This document shows, piece after piece, positions 12,712 to 24,000 of a stretch of DNA of 64,000 nucleotides. The stretch is from positions 16,088,633-16,152,632 of the forward strand of contig OZ037769.1 of the NCBI GenBank assembly GCA_964035545.1, read 5' to 3'. Both the position numbers and the translations under genes were made by a program. Source of the stretch: Bugula neritina. Its lineage: Eukaryota > Animalia > Bryozoa. How positions within the stretch are numbered: the stretch's first letter is position 1; every line of letters starts with the position of its first letter. The notes beneath the pieces are model-generated. The model searched no databases. It saw only the letters and a program-made list of their open reading frames with translations, and had not been told where the DNA came from.

Positions 12712-12870
12712 CTGGAGGGGGTGGTGGGTACTGACTAGTGTAGTCAGCTGTCTGTCCAGTAGGGAGTGCTGCCCTGTTGATGAGTGGAAGACGACCTTGA
12801 GGATAATGTTGTTGAGACTGAGAGTATGTTGGAGGAGGTCGTCTGCTGTTATGGTGACTCATCTCTTGTT
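12712..12870 (-). CDS. Pro/Gln-rich 159-nt exon with PPxY motif, copy 1
   Basis: Acceptor ctctactcttctgcttctttag, donor CCAG|gtacag, phase 1-1, frame open (QEMSHHNSRRPPPTYSQ...YPPPPP). Confidence 0.5.
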
Positions 12871-12999
12871 CTAAAGAAGCAGAAGAGTAGAGTGTAGTCT
12901 GCTAGTCATGTGACACTAGCAGTACAACCACTTGTTATTCAGTGTCACAGCTGCAGGCAGAAGAGTAGAGTACAGTCTGCTATAGTCATGTGACACCAT

Positions 13000-13110
13000 G
13001 CAGTGCAACCACTTGTTATTCAGGTAGTTAAAAGCAATGATTGTTACTATAGCTATTAGTAGCAATATTATCCCACAAAGCTCCACTATTGTTTGTATAA
13101 TAATGTTAGT
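13000..13110 (-). pseudogene. Putative transmembrane-coding remnant (IIIQTIVELCGIILLLIAIVTIIAFNYLNNKW); paralog at about 39845-39935
   Basis: Manual minus-strand translation gives a hydrophobic stretch in both paralogs, between the CLCA-like and Pro-rich exons. Confidence 0.35.
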
Positions 13111-14907
13111 ATATTAGCTTTATATAGGTGTAGACTATTTTATAACAGTTGCAGTGTGAAAGTAGAACTGAAATACATCAGGGTGTGAGAATATTTGAAG
13201 ATGGAGGCTGGAGCATTTTTATAGCTGGTAGTAACTGTCAATACACAGCAGCATATGTTTACAGTACATAGCTGAGAGTGGAACTTCATTTGCCCTGAAA
13301 GGTGTGAACCAGTATAGAGCAGAGCTTTATATTCATATTCCTCTCTCTATACAGGATATCTTGTACAGAGAGAGGAATATGAATATGAAGCTAAATAGTT
13401 ACAGTATAACACCAAATAACAAATCTATCAGATTGTAAAATGTGGGTATATTATGGGAGAAAAGCTCTGTCATGTAAACGATTGAATTAACAAAAATAAT
13501 ATATCATAGAATATATTTAGTCGTATAATGAAATAATAGTTTATTTTTAGCATGTGAGACCAGTACTTGACTGAACTTTTTACCATATGGTGATTCACTA
13601 TAACTCTATTATACCGATCATGAGCTGGAGTTGTCTTATTAAAAGAGGTGTGACCTGGCAATACCATTTCTATATTTCTTTCACCAATAGATTTTACTAT
13701 CAGTGTTATTTATAGAGTCAGTGTTATTAGAATCACAAGAAAGTGGAGAATTGTTTGAAAATATTAGCACCATGCACTTTCAATCATGTTATATACCAGT
13801 TTATTATATGCTGAGTAAGTTGATATAAGAGCTCTAAAGTTTTGATTGATTAATTACACCATTATTATTTATTGGGAGTTATCTGTTCTACAAAATCATA
13901 ATATTACTACAATATTATGACGTGGAAGTTGCTTTCTCCCGAACTAACACATGGCTGTTACATGAATTCATGGTAGGTGTTTCCGTTATATTGAAGCTAT
14001 TTCCTTTGAGAATTTATTACATAAAAGGGAACACTTTTCAAGTTGATTTGCTTACCAAAACAATGAAAGATAAATACTTATATAGGAAAACCGATCTCGC
14101 AATATAATATAAAATATTTTCTTACTTAATTGGTAATGCACAACATTATAGTTTTACTACCAGTAATTTCGATTGAATTCAATGTTTTTGGGTATAACCC
14201 AAAAGCTTTGAATTATAGCAGCTATATATATTTATATAATTCCAGCAATAATAATATAACAAAGTACCATGAATATATAATATATATTTAAATGTAGTGA
14301 AATTATACTACACACTATTGTTATATTATTCATTTCTACTCAATGAAGTAAGTAGATGGGTTATTAATAGGCTACATATAATGTATAAACAAACTGAATG
14401 TGATTATCTACAGCTAGACAATTATCTCAAAAAGCTACGCAAAGAGAATAAAATATAATATATATATTATGGCCACCTGCCAAGGGCTCTTAATATAACT
14501 TGTGCATAATTAATGCGTATGACTCTATAAACAAGCTTTAAACAAAGAGTCATAATATTGATTATGTTTATATTTATAAGTGTAGATACAAGCTTTGTAA
14601 TTGTATGATAAATTTTTTGAATGCCTCCATCGGAAATTATAAGCACAGAAATGAAGATCATAATAGCACAGGTATGCATAGTGTAATTAGGTTCATGGAA
14701 TTGCTCCCCTGATAATCAATAATGCAGAAATCCTAGTAAATAGGTTATTGATTTTGTATATCAGTTGATGTCTGCTTGATTTAACTAGTCAATACATTGT
14801 TTATACCCCAATTCATTATTATGATATACTTATAACCCATTACCATGTATGTTACTCACATTATATAGAGGTCGCATAATGAAGTGTGTAGTGTTGGGTT
14901 AACCTAG

Positions 14908-14980
14908 TGGCCCCGTGGTGTAATGGTAGCACACTTGTTTGCAAGCCAAAGGACTCGGGTTCGATTCCCAGTGGTAGCAA
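14908..14980 (+). other. tRNA-derived SINE head or tRNA pseudogene
   Basis: A-box TGGTGTAATGG, B-box GGTTCGATTCC; D-stem pairs, but acceptor and anticodon stems are broken. Confidence 0.6.
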
Positions 14981-15066
14981 AATTATTTTTCAGAGTGATG
15001 ATATCTTCTACGTACTGAGCAGTAATATAAAAAGAGCTTAAGTTAGCACAATAATACAACACTTAC

Positions 15067-15200
15067 AAACTGTAAGAGAGACTGAGGATCGGCAATAGTC
15101 AAGGAAGCTAGATTAGAGTAGTCCCCTACATTTCCTTTGTCGTCCTCTGCAGTCATCCTTATGTAACATGTATCTTGAGTTGTGTTCCCTTTGAGAATCT
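15067..15200 (-). pseudogene. Orphan exon resembling the C-terminal FnIII end of CLCA-family proteins
   Basis: Acceptor ttgttgtag, donor TTT|gtaagt. ILKGNTTQDTCYIRMTAEDDKGNVGDYSNLASL resembles the CLCA YxAIRAxDxxxxxSxxSN strand (recalled similarity). Confidence 0.45.
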
Positions 15201-15499
15201 CTACAACAATGCAATTATAGACAGTTGAATTCATAGAATTTGTTGAAAATTACAGAGACAGTAGAGTTCTAAAGAGACATAAAATATACACTTCTGTATA
15301 GAAAGAGTTATATCAAGTTATAACTTATATATTAAACTATTACTTTATGAGGACATACTACATTGTAATCTGTTGAATGGTAAGTTACTATTATTATGAT
15401 ATGGAGGTGGTGTTACCATGTATGTATGTGATATGTGTTATACTATTTACATTATTCATTCTTGTATACCAAATTCATTCTTAATGATTTACAGAACCC

Positions 15500-15513
15500 G
15501 TAACCATGGTAAC
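15500..15513. promoter_or_regulatory. RFX X-box-like palindrome upstream of copy 2
   Basis: GTAACCATGGTAAC matches GTHNYYATRRNAAC; donor AAG|gtaaaa at 15591. Confidence 0.45.
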
Positions 15514-15804
15514 CTAGCACGATTTAAAATAAAGAAGAGAAAGCTGCTTCTCAAACTAAAAATAAAGAACATGACATAAATTCTCAAAAGGTAAAAATAT
15601 GCATACATATATATTATATACTATATGCAGTTAAATATATAAAACCTATAGTATAAAATTACAGATTATCTATTATATATATGTAATATATATGTAATAT
15701 ATAGCGCTCCGAACCAACATGCTATAATTATACCGTCTCTAAAATTAGTATTGCGCTTTGCTACAGCATTGTATGTTAATTGTGAATATGTTGTCTGTGT
15801 TTAA

Positions 15805-16506
15805 AGGATTGCTCAATCTTAGTTTATTACAATCACATTATAATTATGAACTATAATCTAATGTGTATGCAAACAATTGTGGCTTTGCAAAGGGATATGT
15901 GCCTAGAAAACAGCTTTTCAAAATTCCAGTTTTGAGGGAGGTAAAACTTTCAGCCATGAAAAAGAATAGCCTAATACGTGACGTGTGAACGCCAGTAACT
16001 ATGCTGCACGTGCTAACTATAACGCTAGTATTCAAGGTTGCTGGGCACAACATCAACCAATAACGCTCAAGCAGTTACAGTGCGCTATATAGGTCAGCTT
16101 TGGTGTGCCCGCAATATTGCACAATCTAACCTAGTTTAGATCGATCGCAGGCATTCATCCTAAAGGATGCATGTTTTTGCAAGGCTTTTTTCTAATGTTT
16201 ACAAGCAAAATATAGTCTAATGTTATCACGTACATGTTATTTAAAATGTCAAAAAACTATAGATTGAGATAATTCACATTTGCACTTCTATAAATATACA
16301 AATTACAAGCTAAAAGATTACATCTCACAGCCATATTTCTATAGTTATTCATTTGTATAGTCACGTAACCAGCGGGAATGCTGGCGCTGTTACGTCACAT
16401 TTCCCAGCTCATTTCAAAATCGGCGTTTTGGCTGTTACCAATCTACACCCTCAACTTCAACTAACTTTTTCTACCTTTGGTCAAATGCTTTTTGTCAATG
16501 CACGCT
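15805..16506. mobile_element. Paralogous copy of the Kolobok-like MITE, right end removed by deletion
   Basis: ttaa|aggattgctcaatctt at 15801; near-identical to 50348-51052; right TIR absent. Confidence 0.65.
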
Positions 16507-17099
16507 AATACTGAGATATAAGTGATAATCATTTTGATAACACCTTGCTAACATGTGCAGCAAGTTGAACTTCTATATAATTATAGTACAGTTTAAATTT
16601 ATGCACATCATTGAGCAAAACTAACCTGTCTATGATGTAACAGGTAGTCATCCTGAACTAACTTGCAGGCAGAATCTAAAAACTCACATTCACTATATTA
16701 TATAGTATAGTATAACACATACTAAAAATGAGGAAAGTTGACATAATGCACCATGTAGTGGTATAATAAACAATCTCAATGTTATAAGTATTCAGTGTCA
16801 ACATACCAACATTCAACCAATCAGGGTTGCCTGCCAGCTTTAATATATCGGCATTAATTAATTACAAGTGAATTAAATTTCAAGAAACAAAACTATGCAT
16901 GGTAACAATTATAGTGAGTGTAACTTTTGTATTATATATGATTTGAACAACTTATGCCCTACTATTAGGATTTGTTATTCACAGCACGTTGTAGATGTTG
17001 AAACAGTTTCAGGTTAAGAACGCTGACAAAATTATGTATCATCTTATAAATCAATTTAAAATTATAAATATCAGCAGTTGTTTTTCCTTTGTAATGTAG

Positions 17100-20000
17100 A
17101 GTCATGGAATAGCAAACCACCTGCAAACCATAGATTCACAAAACAGTCTGAGATACGAAAAAGTCTATGAAATAGAAAACAAATGGTACAAAAGAAAACA
17201 TCCACTCACTTTTACAGAACATCAAGAATTGACAAGACAACACAAACAACAACTTAAAGAATATCGAGAGAATACAATCATTAACTTTGACAGTTTGAAT
17301 AGTAATGTAGAGTTGTTGGACATAGACAATGTGTTTAGTGATGCTAATTTAGAAATATCTAATCGGTTGTCTAATGATGTGTTTGCAAGTAGTGAGGAGT
17401 GTTCCAAAGAATTTGCAGAGTTTTCTCGTTCTATAATTAGATCAAGTAGAGAGTTGCTTAAAGGGTGTCAAGTAGAGCCACCCTGTAATTTTGCTGTAGT
17501 TGCTTTGGGCTCAGTAGCTCGTGGTGAGGCAACTCCATACTCTGACCTTGAATACGCATTTCTCATTGAAAATGAGAATGAGAGAGATTATTTCACTCAG
17601 CTGGCTGTTGACACATATTTTAGAATAACTAACCTCAATGAGTCTCCATTGAAAACCTCCAACATTAAAGTTGAAAAATCTCCTGACTGTCTCAGTGAGA
17701 GGTGTCCAGTAGGATATAGAATAGACGGTCTCACCCCAAATGCTGGTAACATACCAACAGGAAATGGATTAGGTAGATCTCTTACCTTTACAGTTGAACA
17801 AGCAGTGAAGCTGTACAAAGAGGAAGTGATGTCACCATCTGAGGAACTAGCGAGTCTTTCGGATCTGCTCATGACATCACAGCTGATATACTGTTCTGAT
17901 GATGGGGCACAGTTACATGACAGATTTATGGAAGAAATAGCTACATATGAGAAAGTTACAGCTCAGAATGATCATAAAATCAAACAGAAGAGATTGGAGA
18001 GACTTTCTCTAGATTTACAGAAATATGATTTTCTCCCAGAATTTGAATTTACAACTATTATTGGCAAAGATGTGAAAGTAAAAGAAGATCTTTTCCGTTA
18101 CATCACTCTGTTGGCTACTAATCTAAACATTGCCCTTTGTTTTCAGCTAAACTTTCCATGGAAGGTTTATGAGTCAATTTATCAGTCAGGGATGATTTCT
18201 AAAGATAGCCTGAGATATCTTCACATTATCTTGGGACTCTCAATATACATGAGAACTATGGCATACATCATGATGGGAACTCAAAATGCTGAAATTTTGC
18301 TAGGTACTCCAACAGCTGAAGTGAAAAGTTGGAGTGAAGAAAACAAACATTACTATGTACCAAGGAAGATGTTTGTGATGTTTGGCTCAATACTAATTCC
18401 AATAAAACAAAGACTCGTATCAAGTATGAACAAAGGAAACAGCCTGCTATCAACATTAAAGGAGAGGAGTGTAAGTGAATACCTGAAATCTGTAATTCCC
18501 AGTGACTTGGTGACAGATAAACATGATTATATGACAATTTGTGAAGTATTGTGTTATGTTGGAGACTCAAACACAGCCTTAAAGTACATATCTGCTGGTT
18601 CAGGTGTTGATATCAGAAGTGTAGAGTATGAAGAGTTTGTGAAATATATAAGAGCAAAATACAAGACAAACAAGTCAGATTACCTAGAGAAAAAGTATTT
18701 GAAGATGAGCTGTTATTTGCTGATTACAAGTGACCATAATAGTAGTGCCATTGACTACCTAAGTTGGTTAATCAGTTATGAAACAAATTGGTTTCATATA
18801 CTACAGTGTAAGAGGGTGATAGCTGAGTGTATGAATAAACTGAGTAGATATAAGTCTGCTAGGAATATTCTCATTCAGATAAAGTCTACACTAGAAGAAA
18901 AGCTCATGATAGACAAGAACACATCTCTCACTGAGTACATACTAAGAAAGGTAGAAGCTTCTACTAGATTGCCAGAGTATATGCTATATTTGTATCAATT
19001 CACATCTGATCTCTTCCGCTCACTGGGTAGAGTTAATATTCACTCATTAAATCTAGCTGAAGCTAAGTCTTACCTCATGCAGTCTCTTTCTATTCGCAGA
19101 GCATTGTGTAAAAAGAAGTTCTTAGATTATAGGGTGAGAGAAAACATGATGATACAATCAACTATTTGGGATAGCTTAGGAACTGTGTATAAACATGAGG
19201 GGGCTTATAGCACAGCATTAGAGTATTACACCAAGTCAGTGGAGATGATGAAAGCTGTTTATGGTGAACATACAAACCACTCTAGTATAGCAAACAGCTA
19301 TGGTAATATTGGTGATGTACACAGAGAACTAGGTAACTATGACACAGCACTAGAATATTGCACCAGGTCATTGGAGGTGGAGAAAGCTGTTTATGGTGAA
19401 CATACAAACCACTCTAATATAGCTATCAGCTATGGTAATATTGGTACTGTACACAGAGAACTAGGTAACTATGACATAGCACTAGAATATCACACCAAGT
19501 CACTGGAGATGATGAAAGCTGTTTATGGTGAACATACAAACCACTCTAGTATAGCTAGCAGCTATGGTAGTATTGGTCAAGTACACAAACTATTATGTAA
19601 CTATGACACAGCACTAGAATATTGCACCAAGTCAATGGAGATGATGAAAGCTGTTTATGGTGAACATACAAACCACTCTAATATAGCTATCAGCTATGGT
19701 AATATTGGTAATGTACACAGAGAACTAGTTAACTATGACACAGCACTAGAATATTGCACCAAGTCAATGGAGATGATGAAAGCTGTTTATGGTGAACATA
19801 CAAACCACTCTAGTATAGCTATCAGCTATGGTAATATTGGTGATGTACACAGACAACTAGGTAACTATGACACAGCATTAGAATATTTCACCAAGTCAAT
19901 GGAGATGATGAAAGCTGTCTATGGGGAAGGTTCAGCACATCCTCATCTTGCAGCTGTAACATCTTCTATTATAGACATCTATTTAGAATACAACAGATAT

Positions 20001-20531
20001 GAAGACTGTCTGTCCCTTTGCTATACTCCTGTATTGAACAATCAGTGTCTGTCCAAAGTTCTCAACGGAATATCAGCAGATTACATCAGATCATCAAACT
20101 ACAGAAGAGCTGCTCAGTTTCTGCAGATTGCTATTTCTAAAGCTTCTGATCATAGCACGCAGCAGGCTGACAACTACCACCAGATGGGTAAATGTTACAT
20201 GATGATGTCATTATACAAGAAGAGTTGGTGTTGGTTGTACTCTGCTCTCTGTCTGTATCAGTCCCTTCCCAAAACCAGAAATGTCATTTTGTCTCTTGGT
20301 GAAACTCACATGTCCATATCCCATCTACTTCTACACACTGGTCATGTGACTCAGTCTCTTGAACATTGTCAAAGATCTCTTGACAATGTTCAATGTCAAA
20401 GATTTCTTGAAAACTTTAACAAGCTCCCTGATGCAGTCAATACAAACTCTGTTATCCAACGAATGAAGACACACCTTCTACAACTCTCTGGCTCATTGAA
20501 TCTTATTAAAATCTTAACCAATCATTTTTAG
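17100..20531 (+). CDS. NTase-TPR gene copy 2, large exon (6 TPR repeats); open frame but ATG exon deleted, so possible pseudogene or N-truncated product
   Basis: ORF 17229-20531 is open back to acceptor gtaatgtag|AGT at 17099, with the same NTase motif. No MEEY exon between copy 1 and this exon; deletion junction at about 16506 relative to 51052/52551. Confidence 0.8.
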   Translation, partial: SHGIANHLQTIDSQNSLRYEKVYEIENKWYKRKHPLTFTEHQELTRQHKQQLKEYRENTIINFDSLNSNVELLDIDNVFSDANLEISNRLSNDVFASSEECSKEFAEFSRSIIRSSRELLKGCQVEPPCNFAVVALGSVARGEATPYSDLEYAFLIENENERDYFTQLAVDTYFRITNLNESPLKTSNIKVEKSPDCLSERCPVGYRIDGLTPNAGNIPTGNGLGRSLTFTVEQAVKLYKEEVMSPSEELASLSDLLMTSQLIYCSDDGAQLHDRFMEEIATYEKVTAQNDHKIKQKRLERLSLDLQKYDFLPEFEFTTIIGKDVKVKEDLFRYITLLATNLNIALCFQLNFPWKVYESIYQSGMISKDSLRYLHIILGLSIYMRTMAYIMMGTQNAEILLGTPTAEVKSWSEENKHYYVPRKMFVMFGSILIPIKQRLVSSMNKGNSLLSTLKERSVSEYLKSVIPSDLVTDKHDYMTICEVLCYVGDSNTALKYISAGSGVDIRSVEYEEFVKYIRAKYKTNKSDYLEKKYLKMSCYLLITSDHNSSAIDYLSWLISYETNWFHILQCKRVIAECMNKLSRYKSARNILIQIKSTLEEKLMIDKNTSLTEYILRKVEASTRLPEYMLYLYQFTSDLFRSLGRVNIHSLNLAEAKSYLMQSLSIRRALCKKKFLDYRVRENMMIQSTIWDSLGTVYKHEGAYSTALEYYTKSVEMMKAVYGEHTNHSSIANSYGNIGDVHRELGNYDTALEYCTRSLEVEKAVYGEHTNHSNIAISYGNIGTVHRELGNYDIALEYHTKSLEMMKAVYGEHTNHSSIASSYGSIGQVHKLLCNYDTALEYCTKSMEMMKAVYGEHTNHSNIAISYGNIGNVHRELVNYDTALEYCTKSMEMMKAVYGEHTNHSSIAISYGNIGDVHRQLGNYDTALEYFTKSMEMMKAVYGEGSAHPHLAAVTSSIIDIYLEYNRYEDCLSLCYTPVLNNQCLSKVLNGISADYIRSSNYRRAAQFLQIAISKASDHSTQQADNYHQMGKCYMMMSLYKKSWCWLYSALCLYQSLPKTRNVILSLGETHMSISHLLLHTGHVTQSLEHCQRSLDNVQCQRFLENFNKLPDAVNTNSVIQRMKTHLLQLSGSLNLIKILTNHF
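19160..19950 (+). repeat. Coding 132-bp TPR tandem array, 6 units
   Basis: Six ALEY motifs at 132-bp spacing. Confidence 0.9.
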
Positions 20532-21656
20532 GAAAAATGCTCATCGCACACATGGTCTCTATAGCAAAGTTTTAAGCTAGAATTTGCTTTCCCTTGACCG
20601 ACATTTCCTTCGTTTCGCGTATCTTATGTCAACCCTGTGTGTTGTGATGCTTTCAGCATGCCGACAGTTATGCCATCAGTTCTTTAGTTGTAGATTCTGG
20701 TTTCACAAATATGTGTATAGAAATATGGTACTTTCATCAGTATAGTTTTTGGATCTCTTTTTACATACATTTAGATCTATTATAGATATTAATTATTATA
20801 ATTCTTCAGTTTCTTGTGTTGTTTTACTACTTATAATATACTTACTATACCCTGAGACAGCAGTTTTGGTTAGTCCTTCATAACTCAAGTTTTAAACTTG
20901 GTTATATACTGACTTCTGTATTACCTTGAAAACTGTTCATATTGGGAAGACATTTTATGTTATATAACTTTTTATATTATTATATGCTTCACCATGTTGT
21001 ATGTTTTACCCACAATGCATTTGGTAGTTATAATCAACTTCCTGCATGACTATGAGCTAGAAGATTTTCTTATCAAAATAATATTATTTACTCTTTCAGA
21101 GCTTACCTTTTGCTTTTTCGAGTTTTCTTTCATGATTTCAGCAAATTGTATTTTTACCAATATTCTACTTGTGATGCATTTTATGCCACATCTTGTTAAT
21201 TTTGAAATTCAAAAAGTTTTTTTAGTTTCATGAAATTATTTTAATTTCAAATTTTATACTAATTTTCTTACGGTTTTGTATAGGTATGTATTCAATAGTA
21301 TAAATAAAAATATATTTTATGTTATCCAAACATTATTCACTTTAATATTAGTTTGAATTTAAATTTAGTTCTTCATAGCAGATGTGTGCCAAAATGTAAT
21401 ATCTAAACATTTTCCTGAAACAAGTAAAATGATAAAACAGATGTGATCAGTGTGAAGATACTTCTAGCAACAAACATATGTCCTATATACTATTATACTG
21501 TATGTACATACGCTGTCATCCACAGAAACTTTATTTTGTAGTCTTCTGATATCAACGTTGTTTCTCTCCAGAATAGCTTATAAAAAAAATATTAAATTTA
21601 GTTATTAAATAATAATATAAAGGTGCATGGTTTGAGTTAAGTGCTTCAAATTACAA

Positions 21657-22781
21657 TACACTGATTATTCATATAATAATATACCCAAAGAGTGTACAAT
21701 ACATAAAATACACTGAACATTCATATAATAATATACCCAAAGAGTATACAACACATACAATGCACTGATTATTCATATAGTAATATACCCAAAGAGTATA
21801 CAATACATACAATACACTGACTATTCATATAATAATATACCCAAAGAGTATACAATACACTGACTATTCATATAATAATATACCCAAAGAGTATACAATA
21901 CATACAATACACTAACTATTCATATAATAATATACCCAAAGAGTATACAATACATACAATACACTGATTATTCATATAATAATATACCCAAAGAGTATAT
22001 AATACATACAATACACTGACTATTTATATATTGATATACCCAAAGAGTATACAATACATACAATACACTGACTATTTATATAATAATATACCCAAAGAGT
22101 ATATAATACATACAATACACTGACTATTCATATAATAATATATCCAAAGAGTATACAATACATACAATACACTCACTATTTATGTAATAATATACCTAAA
22201 GAGTATACAATACATACAATACACTGACTATTCATATAATAATATACCCAAAGAGTATACAATACATACAATACACTGACTATTCATATAATAATATACT
22301 CAAAGAGTATACAATACATACAATACACTCACTATTCATATAATAATATACTCAAAGAGTATACAATACATACAATACACTGACTATTCATATAATAATA
22401 TACACAAAGAGTATACAATACATACAATACACTGACTATTCATATAATAATATACCCAAAGAGTATACAATACATACAATATACTGACTATTCATATAAT
22501 AATATACCCAAAGAGTATACAATACATACAATACACTGATTATTCATATAATAATATACCCAAAGAGCATACAATACATACAATACACTGACTATTCATA
22601 TAATAATATACCCAAAGAGTATACAATACACACAATACACTGATTATTCATATATTAATATACCCAAAGAGTATACAATACATACAATACACTGACTATT
22701 CATATAATAATATACTCAAAGAGTATACAATACATACAATACACTAACTATTCATATAATAATATACCCAAAAAGTATACA
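21657..22781. repeat. 52-bp minisatellite, about 22 units, 3' of copy 2
   Basis: Same unit. Confidence 0.95.
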
Positions 22782-23841
22782 TGCATATATGATAAGCTAT
22801 TGAATGTAAAGAAATATTATGTTGCTATAAATTGCTATTAGAGAATGAGTCATGGAAACTTCTGGAAGTTCTTAGGAAATCCTTACTTAGAGTCAAGTGA
22901 GCAAGTATTTATAAGTTGATAAGTTATACTCTGTACAGTGTACTTAAATCAGTGAGAAAATAACTTCTAAAAGCTGTACTGACAGTCAATTTGTGTAGTG
23001 ACTGTAACCAAGACTGTGGTGTGACATATATAGTGACTGTGTATGCAGTGTGACTCTGTAGTGACTGTAATACAGTCACACCTTGAAGAGTGTAGGTGTT
23101 CATCATTTTGGATATCAACTGTTACATTAAAGTACATGTCATCTCTGAAGTTAAAGAAAAGTTTGTGAATATTTCACTAGCTAACCACTACTTACAAACT
23201 GTAAACAATGCAAAATAGGACGCTTTAGACTTTAGTGAAAGCAAGAAACTTTATTTTGACCTCACATTTGTCCACCATATCATTAAAACAGCAAGTAAGA
23301 TGCAGCTAAAGCCATGCATTATGCACAGGATAAAACAAATTACGTTAATGAAAATAGAAAAATATAAATTGAAACTCTACAACAAACAAGTCTAAAAATA
23401 GAAAATATAAATGCTGCAAATAATAAACATGCTGTCTAGAAATTTAGTTATAAATACAAATACAAAACATTTTGTGGTTTTACAGTTTACATGTAATGTC
23501 AGTTAACACTTGTATAAAGTAAATAATGGAGTCACTAACTTGTATATTAAACTACAAAAAAATAAATTATCTAAAAACATAATATGCAAACAACTACAAG
23601 ATTTTAGGAAAAGTAATTAAATAAACAGCTATTCATGAGCCAATAGAATGAGTCATTAGATTCTCCTCATATAGAGTTATCTTCCCATGTCTCACATATA
23701 GACTAGAGAAAGTAGAGTATACACATGTATTATATAGAGTATACTTGTTAAGTATGAGAAATTATCATTATATTACAATATACTCTGAGTGCAGTTAGAT
23801 GCACCATTCTGAAATAAGGAGTGGATATAATATCCCTGTAC

Positions 23842-24000
23842 CTGGAGGGGGAGGTGGGTACTGACTAGTGTAGTCAGCTGTCTGTCCAGTAGGGGGTGCT
23901 GCCCTGTTGATGGGTGGAAGACGACCTTGAGGATAATGTTGTTGAGACTGAGAGTATGTTGGAGGAGGTCGTCTGCTGTTATGGTGACTCATCTCTTGTT
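23842..24000 (-). CDS. Pro/Gln-rich 159-nt exon with PPxY motif, copy 2
   Basis: Same splice signals; ORF 23795-23992. Confidence 0.5.

Noticed and set aside
14908-14980. Functional tRNA gene (Cys/Ala-like loop)
   Set aside because: Acceptor stem does not pair and the anticodon stem has mismatches; kept only as a SINE head or pseudogene.
22924-23145. Next minus-strand exon of the Pro-rich gene
   Set aside because: A plausible acceptor exists, but the phase-1 frame stops within 7 codons and the paralog differs by indels and a MITE.
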